Shown here piece by piece: positions 12,358 to 23,880 of a stretch of DNA of 64,000 nt. Position 1 is the stretch's first letter. Every line of letters starts with the position of its first letter. A program made the position numbers and the translations under genes. The stretch is from Octopus vulgaris (lineage: Eukaryota). Where the stretch lies: positions 37,014,001 through 37,078,000 of the forward strand of contig OX597829.1 in NCBI GenBank assembly GCA_951406725.2. Reading direction: 5' to 3'. A model generated the notes under the pieces. The model made no database searches. It was not told where the DNA came from and saw only the letters and a program-made list of their open reading frames with translations.

Positions 12358-13470
12358 TTAATGGTACAGAGCACTTAACTGGAGTTTGGGATGCATATGG
12401 TTCAATTCTCTTTAGCAGCCTGCTAGCCACTTTTTTCTTTGCTTTCTAAGGGTAATTAGCTGATCTAAGTTGTTTTCACTGTTATTCTGTGTTTGAGATT
12501 TCATTTATTTTTTTGTAAAATGCCATTTCAAAAAGCCGTTCAAAGTTATTTTTACAATCAAATTTTAGTCACTTGCAAACTTTTCTAAGCTTCATTACTA
12601 ATTCAATTCTCAACCTATTTAAATGCTATATCTCTATTATTCACTGATGACAATGAGTGAATATATTCTTAAGGTCAACTTTTAGTTACTTTTGAGCACT
12701 TCTAGACGTCACTAATTCATTTGTCATCCAGATTAAATGTTTCTTTTATCAATGATGATACAGTCTTCAGCTACATCTTGGGATAAAATAATTGAAATTT
12801 GGTTCATTCAAAATAAAAGTTTGGTCAAAATATGTGAGGCAAAAAATTGACTTTGAATCAAAATATCTCAGCTATTATAAAGGAAAAGTATAGATTAATG
12901 GGGTTTAAAAGAATGTGCTCATTAAGAAGAATCTTTTGGTGAAAACCTTGTTTAAGAGTATTTACTATGAAAAAGTTGTGTGGCTTTGTGACTTAAAAAT
13001 AACCTCTCAAATTGACTTCAGATCAAAATATTTCAGCTATTGTAAGAGAAAACTATACAATAGTTGTGTTCAAATGAAAGAGCCCTATGAAATGTATCTT
13101 CTGGTGGAAACCTCGTAAAAAATTTTTTAGCTACAATAAAAGTGGTGTGGCTTTAAGTGATGACAAAGGTGATCAACAAATAATATTTTTTTCATTTTAA
13201 GATATTTTTAACACTATAAAAGACAGATTTAGCATTATAAACGAGGTCTCTGACATTAGGGGGTCAGTCACTTAGCTTAATGGTAGATAGCACTCAGCTG
13301 AAGTTTGAGTACAGGGTTTGATTCTCTGTAGCAGCTTGCTAGGTACTTTTTTCCTCATTTTCTAAGGGTAATTAATTAATTTTCTAAGTTGTTTTTACTG
13401 TTATTTGAGATTTACTTCTGATGAAGGAAGCTCTCTGAGAAGGTGCATATGGTAAAAACCTTGTCAAAAA

Positions 13471-13701
13471 ATATTTCTTTCTTTATTGCCCACAGGGGGC
13501 TAAACATAGAGGGAACAAACAAGGACAGATAAAGAGATTAAGTTGATTACATCAACCACAGTACATAACAGGTACCTATTTAATTGACCCTGAAACAATG
13601 AAAGGCAAAGTTGACCTTGGCGGAATTTGAAGCCAGATTGTAACAGCAGACAAAATACCACTAAGCATTTCACCCGGTGTGCTAACATTTCTGCCAGCTT
13701 T
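13471..13701 (-). mobile_element. tRNA-derived SINE family B
   Basis: Homologous to 32478-32709; flanked by 11-bp TSD CTTGTCAAAAA (13460-13470, 13702-13712). Confidence 0.88.
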
Positions 13702-13944
13702 CTTGTCAAAAAGAAAAAAAAAAATTACCTAATAAAAGTTGTGTAGCTTTAAGTGATGAAAAAGTGATAAGAGATCAAAATATTTTTGTCATTTTTAAGA
13801 GAGAAATATTTGAACTCAAATGAAAGCATTCAAGATGAATATATTGCAGACCTGTCTAAAAATATTAAGCATAAAAAAAATTATGATGTTTTGCCATTTC
13901 ACATTAGTTTTTATTATTTTGTTTACATATTAGAATTCTTTTTT

Positions 13945-14310
13945 ACTTTTCTTTACTTGTTTCAGTCATTTGACTGTGGCCATGCTGGAGCACTGCCTTT
14001 AGTAGAGCAAATCGACCCCAGAGCCTATTCTTTGTAAGCCTAGTACTTATTCTATTGGTCTCTTTTGCTGAACTGCTATGTTACAGGGATGAGAACACAT
14101 CAGCATCGATTGTCAAGTGATGTTGGGGGGACAAACACAGACACACAAACATACACACACACACACACATACATACATATATATATATGATTATATATAT
14201 ACATATACACACATACATATATGACAGGCTTCTTCCAGTTTCCGTCTACCAAATCCACTCACAAGGCTTTGGTTGGCCCGAGGCTATAGTAGAAGACAAT
14301 TGCTCAAGGT
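13945..14310 (-). mobile_element. SINE family A, 5'-truncated
   Basis: TGTTTCAGTCATTTGACTGTGGCCATGCTGG...GAGGCTATAGTAGAAGAC, reverse complement of family A. Confidence 0.88.
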
Positions 14311-15070
14311 GTAACAGATATGCTGCAGTTAATCCTTTGCTGTTTTTATGTTCAAACAAAATTTTAAAGTTTGAGCAAAATCTGTATTTAAAACATATTT
14401 ATGGTAGTATCATTTTTTCAGTTATAAAGATAAATATAATTATAATAATAGTAGCTATCATTATCAATTTTTGAAAATATTTAAATGTAATTTCTACTGT
14501 CCTTTTTCTTGGAGAGCATCCAAAAAGAAGCATTTTGATACCTCATTTATGAAATTATAGATGAGGAGAACAATACAAGATCAGACATCATGTATCGGGT
14601 TTTACAGAATGTAATTGGCATAGAGAATTAACAAAATATAAAGAAAACCAGCTTACATAGTATACATAGGACATTTGCTGGTGATCCGTCAGCCAAGCTC
14701 CATGCTTGTACAAAAAGATGAATTTCTCCAAATTGCTAGTTTCAATACATCTTTCTCATATATATTTATGTGTATATATATATAAATATATATCAAGCAT
14801 GATAGAGGTTATGCAACCATCTAAGGGATAGATGTATCCATAGGCACTCCTGGTGTATTACCTCAATATGTATAGTCCTTGTTATAAGTTATACAGTAGT
14901 AGGTAATTTAAAGGCAAAACCATGGTTTAATATATATATATATATTGAGAAAATAAATGGAGCAATAATTAACAATGAGAAGTGGATCATTAGTGTTTAA
15001 AAGTCATTGTTTAACTTAGTTTGGAACCATTTACAGCTGTTTCTGTTAATTATTGCTTCATTTCTTATCT

Positions 15071-15147
<77 letters not shown>

Positions 15148-15450
15148 GTGGAGGCGCAATAGCACAGTGGTTGGGGCAGCGGACGTGGTCGTAGGATCGC
15201 GGTTTCAATTCCCAGACCAGGCATTGTGAGTGTTTATTGAGCAAAAACCTCTAAAGCTCCACGAGGCTCCGGCAGGGGGTGGTGGCGATCCCTGTTGTAC
15301 TCTTTCGCAACAAAATTCCTCTCACTCTTTCTTCTGTTGGCCTGCTCGCTTAGCCAGCGGGGTGGCATTGTTTGAAGGCTAAAACAATGCAAAGCGCATT
15401 GTGACCATCAATGTGTAGCAACATCTGATAGCCTGGTCGGTCACTATGAT
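15148..15450 (+). mobile_element. tRNA-derived SINE family D
   Basis: GGAGGCGCAATAGCACAGTGG (A-box-like), GGTTTCAATTCC (B-box-like), GC-rich 300-bp body between (TA)n tracts. Confidence 0.7.
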
Positions 15451-16388
15451 ATATATATATTTATATTTATTTTTGTTACGTTTTTCGTCCCCCCCAAGAC
15501 TACAGATAGAACTTGCTTTCTATATTATGTCTACGCACAAGTTTTTTATCTCATTATACCTTTTACTTTTATTTTATTTATATATATTTTTTATACATAT
15601 ATTATAGAGAATTTGGTTTATAGATATATTTTTTACACATAATTTTTTCTGTACTCTACCTTCCACCCTGCATTTTTCCCTGTGCCTATATAGACGTGTA
15701 TATGGAATCCTTTGTACACGTGTGTGGATGTGTACATGTGTGCGGGTATGTATGTATATAGATGTGTGCGTGTGTGTGGAGATACGAGTACATATATGTA
15801 TAGACGTATTTTACTCAGTGTTTTTACAATTTTTCCAGTGTTTTGTTTTTTAGACATATGTATAATCCTTTTTGTGCGCGCGCGTGTGTGTGTATGCATA
15901 TATAGACGTGTGCGGGTATGTGCATATATGGACGTGTGTGTGCATAAGGGTATGTCCATATATGAACATGGTTTACTCTTTGTCTACTTCCTTATGCCTT
16001 TTTTCTGTATTGTTAACCGTAACCCTGTTTTTTTTCTTGTGCTTGTGCATATGTAGACGTATGTATGAACTAAGGTACGGTGTGCACACACACACACACG
16101 TGTGTGTGTGTGGGTTTGTATGTATATGCATATACATTTGGCAAAAGATGCGAGTGAAGATGTATACATTTTTCTAGTGAGGGTGGAAGAATGTATGCGT
16201 GCGCACGTGGGTGTGCGGGCGCACATGTGTACGTATAAACGGGCGCACTTATGCATATGCTATGAACTTTTTACTCCCTTACCTTACTTAGCGGTCATTC
16301 GATAGTGCTTTTGTCTAAACAGCAGTCAATAACACAGTAATTTCCCTTTGTATAACGGTCATTTTTCATAGCGTTTTTCTGATGGCCG

Positions 16389-16449
16389 GATAACTGAAGA
16401 GATGGTGGCGTGGATTTCCACCTTGGCATCTGAAACTCAGAGTTTTATC
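16389..16449 (+). ncRNA. Type I hammerhead ribozyme, near-canonical
   Basis: GATAA-CTGAAGA-GATG-GTGG...CCAC...CATC-T-GAAA-CTCAGAG-TT-TTATC; stem I extends (GGCCGGATAA/TTATCTTGGCT); one extra nt at the base of stem II. Confidence 0.7.
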
Positions 16450-16531
16450 TTGGCTACCGAATAATTGTCAAATATTACATTTACAGATATGTTTATATAT
16501 GTTTATATATATATATATATATATGGATATA

Positions 16532-18240
16532 TTTTTAGTTTCAGCTCAGAGCTGCGGCCATGCTGAGGCACCGCCGTTTTGTGCTACACTGTTATTACTA
16601 AGAGCCTCCTCTAATATGTGGCACTTGGTGAAGAATGGAGTTTGATATAGCTACCCTCATTTACACCTCTTGCCTTGATGTAGGTTCATCTGGGACTCTC
16701 GACAGGAAGAGGTCCAGCTTTGATTTAAAAACTGCTACATCTACTTTGTGCAAGTTCCTCAGACTCTTTGGGAGAATATTAAAAAGCCGTGGGCCCTTGA
16801 AACTCAGGCTGTTGCAGTAGCTGGTCCTGAAGTGTGATGGCATTGCTGGGATCTTTGGCATTATGCAGTGTCGTCCCGTTCTAGCATTGGTGTAGTTTTC
16901 AATGCCAAAATTTGGCACAATTCCTTCCAGGATCTTCCAGATATATATTACTGCATACTTCTCCTGTCTTCTCTCCAGGGAGTAGAGTTTTAGCTGTTTC
17001 AACCTTTCCCAGTAGCTGAGCTGTTGCAAAGAGATGATCTTCTTTGTGAATCTTCTCTGGATTGCTTCAAGGTCCGCTGTTAATTTCTCACTGGTGGGTG
17101 ATCATAGCTGTGAGCAGTAATCCAGGCGGCTGAGGACGAATGTCCACCAGAGGAGCATCATGGTTTCCTTATCTCTGGTTCTGAATGTTCTTAGGATCCA
17201 TCCAGCCAGTGGTCTGCACTTTGTCGCCATCCTAGTAATGTGCACTTGGAAAGAGTTATCATCACTCGTGTCGATACCCAGGTCCATCACAGATTTAGGC
17301 TCTGGGATTGAAATTCCCTGTGGACCGGTGTACCCTGTAAGTTTCATATTCAGTTTTGGATGCTGGTAGCACAGGGCCAGGAATTTTTCAGCATTAAACT
17401 GCTTATTATTATCCTCAGCCCATCTGTAGATTGAGTTCAACTCCTGCTGCAGGTATGCAACATCGCTGGGGTTCTGTATTTTCTGTGATACTTTCGTATC
17501 ATCTGCATAGCTTGCCAGAGTGGCTATCTGGGCATTTGAGGGCATATCTGAGAGGGCCACTATAAAAAGCAGTGGTCCCAAGACAGTGCCCTGTGGAACA
17601 CCGCTCACTATTTGTGTGTTCATAGAGGTGGCTCCGTTAACCACCACTGCCTGACTCCTATCTTTCAGGAAGTCATGTAACCACACTCCAAGTTTTCCAG
17701 CTATGCTGGGATCACGCAGTTTGTGACATATCATATCATGATCCACCTTGTCAAAAGCTTTTGCAAAATCAAGGTATATTACGTCCACATTTTATTTGTT
17801 GAGTAACTGCCTCAACGCCCAGTCAGAATGTTGTAAGAGCTGGGTCAGGCAGCTCCTACTTGGTCAAATACCATGCTGGGTGTCACTCAGTAAGTTATTT
17901 TCCTCAAGGAATGCGATTAGTTTCCCTCTGACTATCTGTTCCATGACTTTGCTGATGTGTGATGTCAGAGAGATAGGCCTATAGTTTTTGGCATCTGCTC
18001 TGCTTCCTCCTTTATGTATTGGGCATATTATTCCCTCTTTCAGCTTGCTTGGCAGTTTGCCATTTGTAAGAAAGCTCTGGAAGAGAATCTTGAGGGGTTT
18101 TGCCAGGGCATGCTTACACACTTTGAGGAGGATTGCTAGGAAACCATCAGGACCGGCAGTTGAGTTTGTGTCCACTTTATCTATGGCTAGTAGTATATCT
18201 TCTTCACTAATTCAATGTATTCCATTGTAACTGCCTCGCT
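16532..18240 (-). mobile_element. CR1-like LINE, 5'-truncated (RT + 3' end)
   Basis: ORFs 17864-18175, 17102-17788, 16661-17029: AGPDG, NYRPISLTS, YLDFAKAFDKV, GVPQGTVLGPLLF, YADD, YWERLKQLKLYSLERR; frameshifted. Confidence 0.95.
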
Positions 18241-18242
18241 GG

Positions 18243-18369
18243 TATATATATATGTTTATATAGGTTTATATATATATATGTTTATATATATACATATATA
18301 TATGTATATATATATATGTTTATATGTATGTTATATATATATGTTTATATATATTTATATATATATATG

Positions 18370-18415
<46 letters not shown>

Positions 18416-18475
18416 GTATGTTTATATATATATGTTATATATATATGTTATATATATATATTATATATATATATG

Positions 18476-18546
<71 letters not shown>

Positions 18547-18572
18547 ATATATATATATGTATATATATATAT

Positions 18573-18609
<37 letters not shown>

Positions 18610-18629
18610 ATTATATATATATATATAAA

Positions 18630-18707
<78 letters not shown>

Positions 18708-18770
18708 TATATATATGTGTGTGTGTGTGTGCGTTTATATATATGTGTGTGTGTATATATATATATAAAC
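18243..18770. repeat. (TA)n microsatellite
   Basis: Long imperfect TA tract. Confidence 0.97.
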
Positions 18771-18864
18771 ATGTAAGTCTATATGAGGCTGTATTTATAT
18801 AGAGAAATGAATTTAAGGTAATGTTAATGCTAGTTTGTCATAACCCTTATTATTATCTTATAGA

Positions 18865-19060
18865 TGTGTGTGTGTTCCCCCATCACATTTTCACAATTGA
18901 TGTTGCTGTGTTTATGTCCCCATAACTTAGAGGTTTGACAAAAGAAACTGATAGAATAAGTACTAGGCTTAAGAAATAGGTTCTCGAGTTGATTTGACTA
19001 AACCCCTTCAAGGTGGTGGTCCAGTGTGGGTGCAATCAAATGACTGAAACAAGTAAAAGA
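18865..19060 (+). mobile_element. SINE family A, 3' half
   Basis: GATAGAATAAGTACTAGGCTT...CAAATGACTGAAACAAGTAAAAGA. Confidence 0.8.
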
Positions 19061-19677
19061 ATACACACACACACACACACGCATATAGTTATAATAAAAA
19101 CTACAAGTCTCATTAAATATAGCTACCCAGGGTTTCCTGATCAAAACATTAATTTCACTGTTGTTTTTTCAAGTTCTTCAGTTGCTTTTTTAAGCAGATG
19201 ATGGGTGCTAATAAGGAAGAAGGCAAAAGAAAAAATACAAGGGAAATAAACAACATTTACAATAAACCAATGTCAAGAAGCTGTAAATAAACATCAATGG
19301 TTTACTATGTGCCTAGTGGTCTATTTTGAAATTCTGCCAAGATTTATTTCTTAAAATGTGGATATAGTCATTGGCGGATCTCAAGTTCCTTAAGAGATAT
19401 AGATTTTTGGAGAGAATTTTCCATTCTGTAGTCAGTTTTTTCATCTTTAAATTAATAATGTAACTGTGGAAAGGAGTTTAAATCCAGGTATAGCAAGCCT
19501 ATTTCGAAATTTTGGCAGCATAATAAGAGATATTCAACAACCTTTTGGATTTAATCTGGATGTTTAAAGAGAAGGAACCAGCTACTACATCAGATGGAAA
19601 ACTCTCTCCAAAACCAGATCCTAAGTTAATGGGTCCAAAAGATGTTCAGTATGGTCTCTTGATAAACTATATCTTAA

Positions 19678-21340
19678 CCCTTTAGTGTTCATTCAGATTA
19701 ATCTGTCAAATGTAATGCTTATTTGTTCACGTTATTTTGAATTATCCATGTTCAAAAGGGGTGTCCACAATATTTGCTTGTAACTGTATTAATTTTTTTT
19801 ATATACAGATTTGAAATTTTGTCAATAGGTACTTATATAGTAATTTTAACTGATCTTTTTGATTAAATTTGATTTTTATGAGCAGGTAAATTTAATTAAC
19901 AGGTGTAAAAGCAATAACATTATGGATAAATGCTAAAACTGAAATTCTTAATGCATCTTTCCTGTTTGATTTGTTACTAAAATTATTCCAGATGTCAACC
20001 ACTAACAATTTCGCCACTTTTCAAGATGTCGTACATTCATTCGAATTAATTAAAATACAAGTGTAATTGGTACAAGATTTTATTCTTTTTCAAACATTTT
20101 CATTGAAAATAAAGTACAAAACTCTTATACTAGTCAATATACTATTGGCTATATACTCTTATACTATTGATGTATACATTTACAGAACAGAATGCATCTA
20201 ATAAAAAAAAAAGCTCATTAACAGGTGAGACAAAAGTGAATACAGGTGTGTAACATAGTGAAAATTAATATGTATTTCTCACCTTCACATATTATTTATA
20301 ATAAAATAAAAGGAATATATGATAGTATTACTATCAAACAACAAAATATAGTTATGCCATATTTCTATTGTGAAACTGTCCCTTTACACAAGGGCACTTC
20401 ACAAAATGAACACATATATGAGGTCTCGACCTGATATCCTTTTACATTTTTTTTTTTTTGCAGCAAACACAGTCTGCAAACTTGTTTCCTTTCATTTATT
20501 TTTTCTACTTTATGGAAGTCAGTATTTTCTCTGTTGACATCCACCTCAGTTAATTATGCTTTTCTCCAAGTTTTGTGCTTTCAGGAAGAAAAGCCCTCAT
20601 GTAACTGAGATGTGATGTCAAATGCTCGTAGTCCTTGTGGCTTTTTACATATGAATTAACTATAATTAGACATAATGCAGGAGATATATAGATCACCATA
20701 CCTTGTATCAGGACTTCAGTAGTTCCACAGTCGAGGAAGCTGCTTGATACCAAACATAATGTTTATAGTAAAAAAAGGCTCGCATTTCTGCAGTATTAGT
20801 TGGTTAGTGAGCATATTTATTTGTTTCAGCCGCGACAGTTTCAATAAAAATTTTCCGTAAAAATAAATAGTCCAATGGTTGAGCAGGTAGACTGTGTTGT
20901 GGACTAGTCTTTTTTGTGAAATTGAGAATTCTGGTTGATGTAGTAATCTTCAACAATGTTTGAATATCATTTTCATCACTTTCATTATTAAAATCTTCCT
21001 TGTCCAACAAAAATTTGTAAATATGAATATCAGATTTGTCCAAAGACAAATCACTTGTTTTCGTTTATATTTTGTAAAACCTGCAAAGATGGAATTGCTA
21101 CTTGCTGACCCCATATTAAAAATCAAGATATGCACTACTCTTCAAACATTGAAAAAACCAAAAATCTATTTGTACTTGAATAAAGGTGGAAAAGGCTTAA
21201 TCTCAAAGCTATGAGAATTCAGTAACAGGATTTTTTTTTGTGATTTTTTTAGAGCAATCAGATACAGCTGTATTTGGCTGGTCTAAACAAACAAATGGAT
21301 ATTATTTTCAGCCAGTTTTGGCTGGTCTGAACACTAGAGG
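19678..21340 (-). mobile_element. Decayed piggyBac
   Basis: TTAA|CCCTTTAGTGTTCA...TGAACACTAGAGG|TTAA; ORF 20804-21049(-) PLDYLF...VAAETNKYA. Confidence 0.8.
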
Positions 21341-21407
21341 TTAAAGAACTTGAGAGCCTTCAAAAAGTATATAATTTCCAGGAAAGAGATATTGTCTGTA
21401 TGTCCTC

Positions 21408-22555
21408 ATTAGTTACTAGTCATTGCCTCGGTGAGGCCTAATGTTCGAAGGTCGTGCTTCACCACTTCATCCCAGGTCTTCCCGGGTCTACCTCTTCAAC
21501 AGGTTCCTTCAACTGCTAAGGTGTGGCACTTTTTCACACAGCTATCCTCATCCATTCTTGCTACATGACCATACCAGCACAGTCATCTCTCTTGCACACC
21601 ACATCTGATGCTTCTTAGATCCAACTTTTCTCTCAAGGTACTTACACTCAGTTGAGTATGCACACTGACATTACACATCCATTGGATCATACTGGCTTCA
21701 TTCCTTGAGAGAAAAGTTGGACATGAGAAGCATCAGATGTAGTGTGCAAGAGAATGACTGTGGTGTGCAAGAGAGATGACTGTGGTGTGCAAGAGAGACG
21801 ACTGTGGTGTGTGAGAGAGATGACTGTGGTGGTATGGTTATGTGGTGAGAATGGATGAGGATAGCTGTGTGAAAAAGTGCCACACCCTAGCGGTTGAAGG
21901 AACTTGTGGAAGAGGTAGACCCAGGAAGACTTGGGATGAAGTGGTAAAGCACGACCGAGGCAATGACTAGTGACCGAGACCTTTGGAAATATGCTGAGAC
22001 CATAACCACGTGGCCTATGCCAGGGATGTAACCAGCCCACTTATGCGTACCTTTCCTTCGTTGGACACTAAAACTCTGCTTGCGAAGACCTGTTGAAGCA
22101 AGTGAAATTGAAATCAAATTCGATGACTGGCATCTGTACTAGTGGAGCGTGGTTGTTGCCAGAGCAGCTAACTGGCTTCTGTGCTGGTGGCACGTAAAAA
22201 GCACCATTCGACCATGATAGTTACCAGCATCGCCTTACTGGCACATGAAGAAACATTTGAGCGAGGTCGTTGCCAGTGCCGCTGAACTGGCTTCTCTACA
22301 GGTGGTAGCGAAATACACCATTTGAGCATGGCTGTGGCCGTTGCCAGTATCGCCTACTGGCCCTTGTGCTGGTAGCACGTAAAAGCACCCACTACACTCT
22401 CAGAGTGGTTGGCATTAGGAAGGGCATCCAGCTGTAGAAACTCTGCCAGATCAGATTGGAGCCTGGTGCAGCCATCTGACTCGACAGTCCTCAGTCAAAT
22501 CGTCCAACCCATGCTAGCATGGAAAGAGGACATTAAACAATGATGATGATGATGG
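21408..22555. mobile_element. RTE LINE 3' end with inverted duplicated 5' segment, followed by family C UTR and (ATG)n tail
   Basis: About 21413-21640 is the reverse complement of about 21704-21975 (RGRPRKTWDEVVK-coding region); contains a short (about 22-24-bp) tandem repeat at 21755-21830. Confidence 0.85.
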
Positions 22556-22842
22556 TTTATTGTACTGTTGGTTATCTGTCTTGTGTTTTTCTTTTTGCCG
22601 GTTTCCCAGTCACTGTCCCTTGTTTAAACACCATCTCCTCAAACTGACAAACAGCTTGAAAAATGACAACATAAATTAATGTTTTCACCAGGAAACCCTG
22701 GGTAGCTGTATTTAACAAGTTCTGGTTTTTATTATAAAACTTTCTTTACTCTCTTAGCTGATCAAGTGCTTTCTTCTTGTTGAAGCCATACCATATAATT
22801 CTCTCTCTATATATATATTATACACATATGTGTATATGCTTC

Positions 22843-22896
<54 letters not shown>

Positions 22897-22939
22897 TGTA
22901 TATATGCATCTGTGTGTAAGTGTGTGTGTATATGCATAC

Positions 22940-23880
22940 ACGATGTGATGAATAAATTGTCGTCTAAATTATGCAAAATTTAAAATAACTCTGACATCTC
23001 ACTTTAACAGATATATTTATCAAAATTACATTAAAATATTTTGAAATACTAAAGAGTAAATTTATTCAATATAATTGCCATTTGCTTCAACGATGGCCTC
23101 CAGATGACTTTGGAATCTCCTGCAACTCTTCAAGACGGTCTCCTTGTTTAAGTTGATGAATGCTGCCATAATCCTTGCCTTCAGTTCATCTTCGCTGTTA
23201 CAAGGAGTTTCGTGGGTCTCTCGTTCAATTGTGCTCCACACATAATAGTCAAGGGGGTTGCAGTCTGGGGAGTTAGGTGGCCAGATGTCAGGGGTGATGT
23301 GGTTGCAGAAATTGTCTGACAGCCATGACTGGGTTCTTCTGCTTGTGTGGCATGTTGCAGAGTCCTGTTGTCAGACATAGAATCTTCCAGCAGTCACCTT
23401 CTTGATCCAGGGCACCACTACCTCCTCCAGGCACTTGATGTAGGCCTCTGTGTGCGAAGATGAATGGAGGCATAATGTTGCCATCACTAGTGCTGACTCC
23501 AAACACCGTGATGTTGACTGGATGTTTAATTTTTATTATTCTCGGTACATGTTTTGGGGACACAGTAAGCCAACAATTGTTCTGTGTGTTCACCATCTGA
23601 TCCTGGTAGAATTTTTTCTTGTCTGAGAAAACCCAAAGCATATTAGGTTGGAGGGGATGCTTGAGTTTATTGAAAAGCTTCATAGCGCAGTCTTCCCTCT
23701 TGTCCTTGATGGGATGGGATAAAAATGGCCCTTTCTCATCTTGTATGAGGAATACCAAATATCTTCATGCACTACCTGCCTGATAGGAAACTCAAACATA
23801 CCCATGTCCCTTGTGATGGACCTGATTGACTTAGAGGGATTGTTGTCAATCATGGTCTGAATCTCACCAACAAATTCAGT
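22940..23880 (-). mobile_element. maT (DD37D) transposon fragment
   Basis: ORF 23288-23758: WVFSDKKKF, KHPVNITVFGVSTSDGNIMPPFIF; further downstream on the minus strand WPPNSPDCNPLDYYVW; same family as 51468-52262. Confidence 0.88.

Larger units (their letters stand above)
10407..13800. repeat. Degenerate large tandem/segmental repeat interrupted by SINEs and piggyBac
   Basis: Related blocks (AACTTTTAGTTAC..., AAAGTGGTGTGGCTTTAAGTGATG, CACTTAGCTTAATGGTA) recur at about 10411/12561/12677, 11148/13140/13735 and 11260/13270. Confidence 0.7.
19089..22737. mobile_element. Unclassified TIR element with about 85-bp inverted repeats, hosting nested insertions
   Basis: 19089-19175 (TTATAATAAAAAC...TAGCTACCCAGGGTTTCCTG..AAAACATTAATTT) is the reverse complement of 22653-22737. 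Confidence 0.65.

Noticed and set aside
14540-14730. Possible host exon (AG-ATGAGGAGAAC...CAGAAT-GTAATT)
   Set aside because: Weak polypyrimidine tract, no recognisable protein, no partner exons; needs RNA-seq or BLASTX
18215-18776. Long YI/IY-rich ORFs (also 40588-41294, 48258-48776, 32915-33425 and others)
   Set aside because: Translations of stop-free (TA)n/(TG)n microsatellites, not genes
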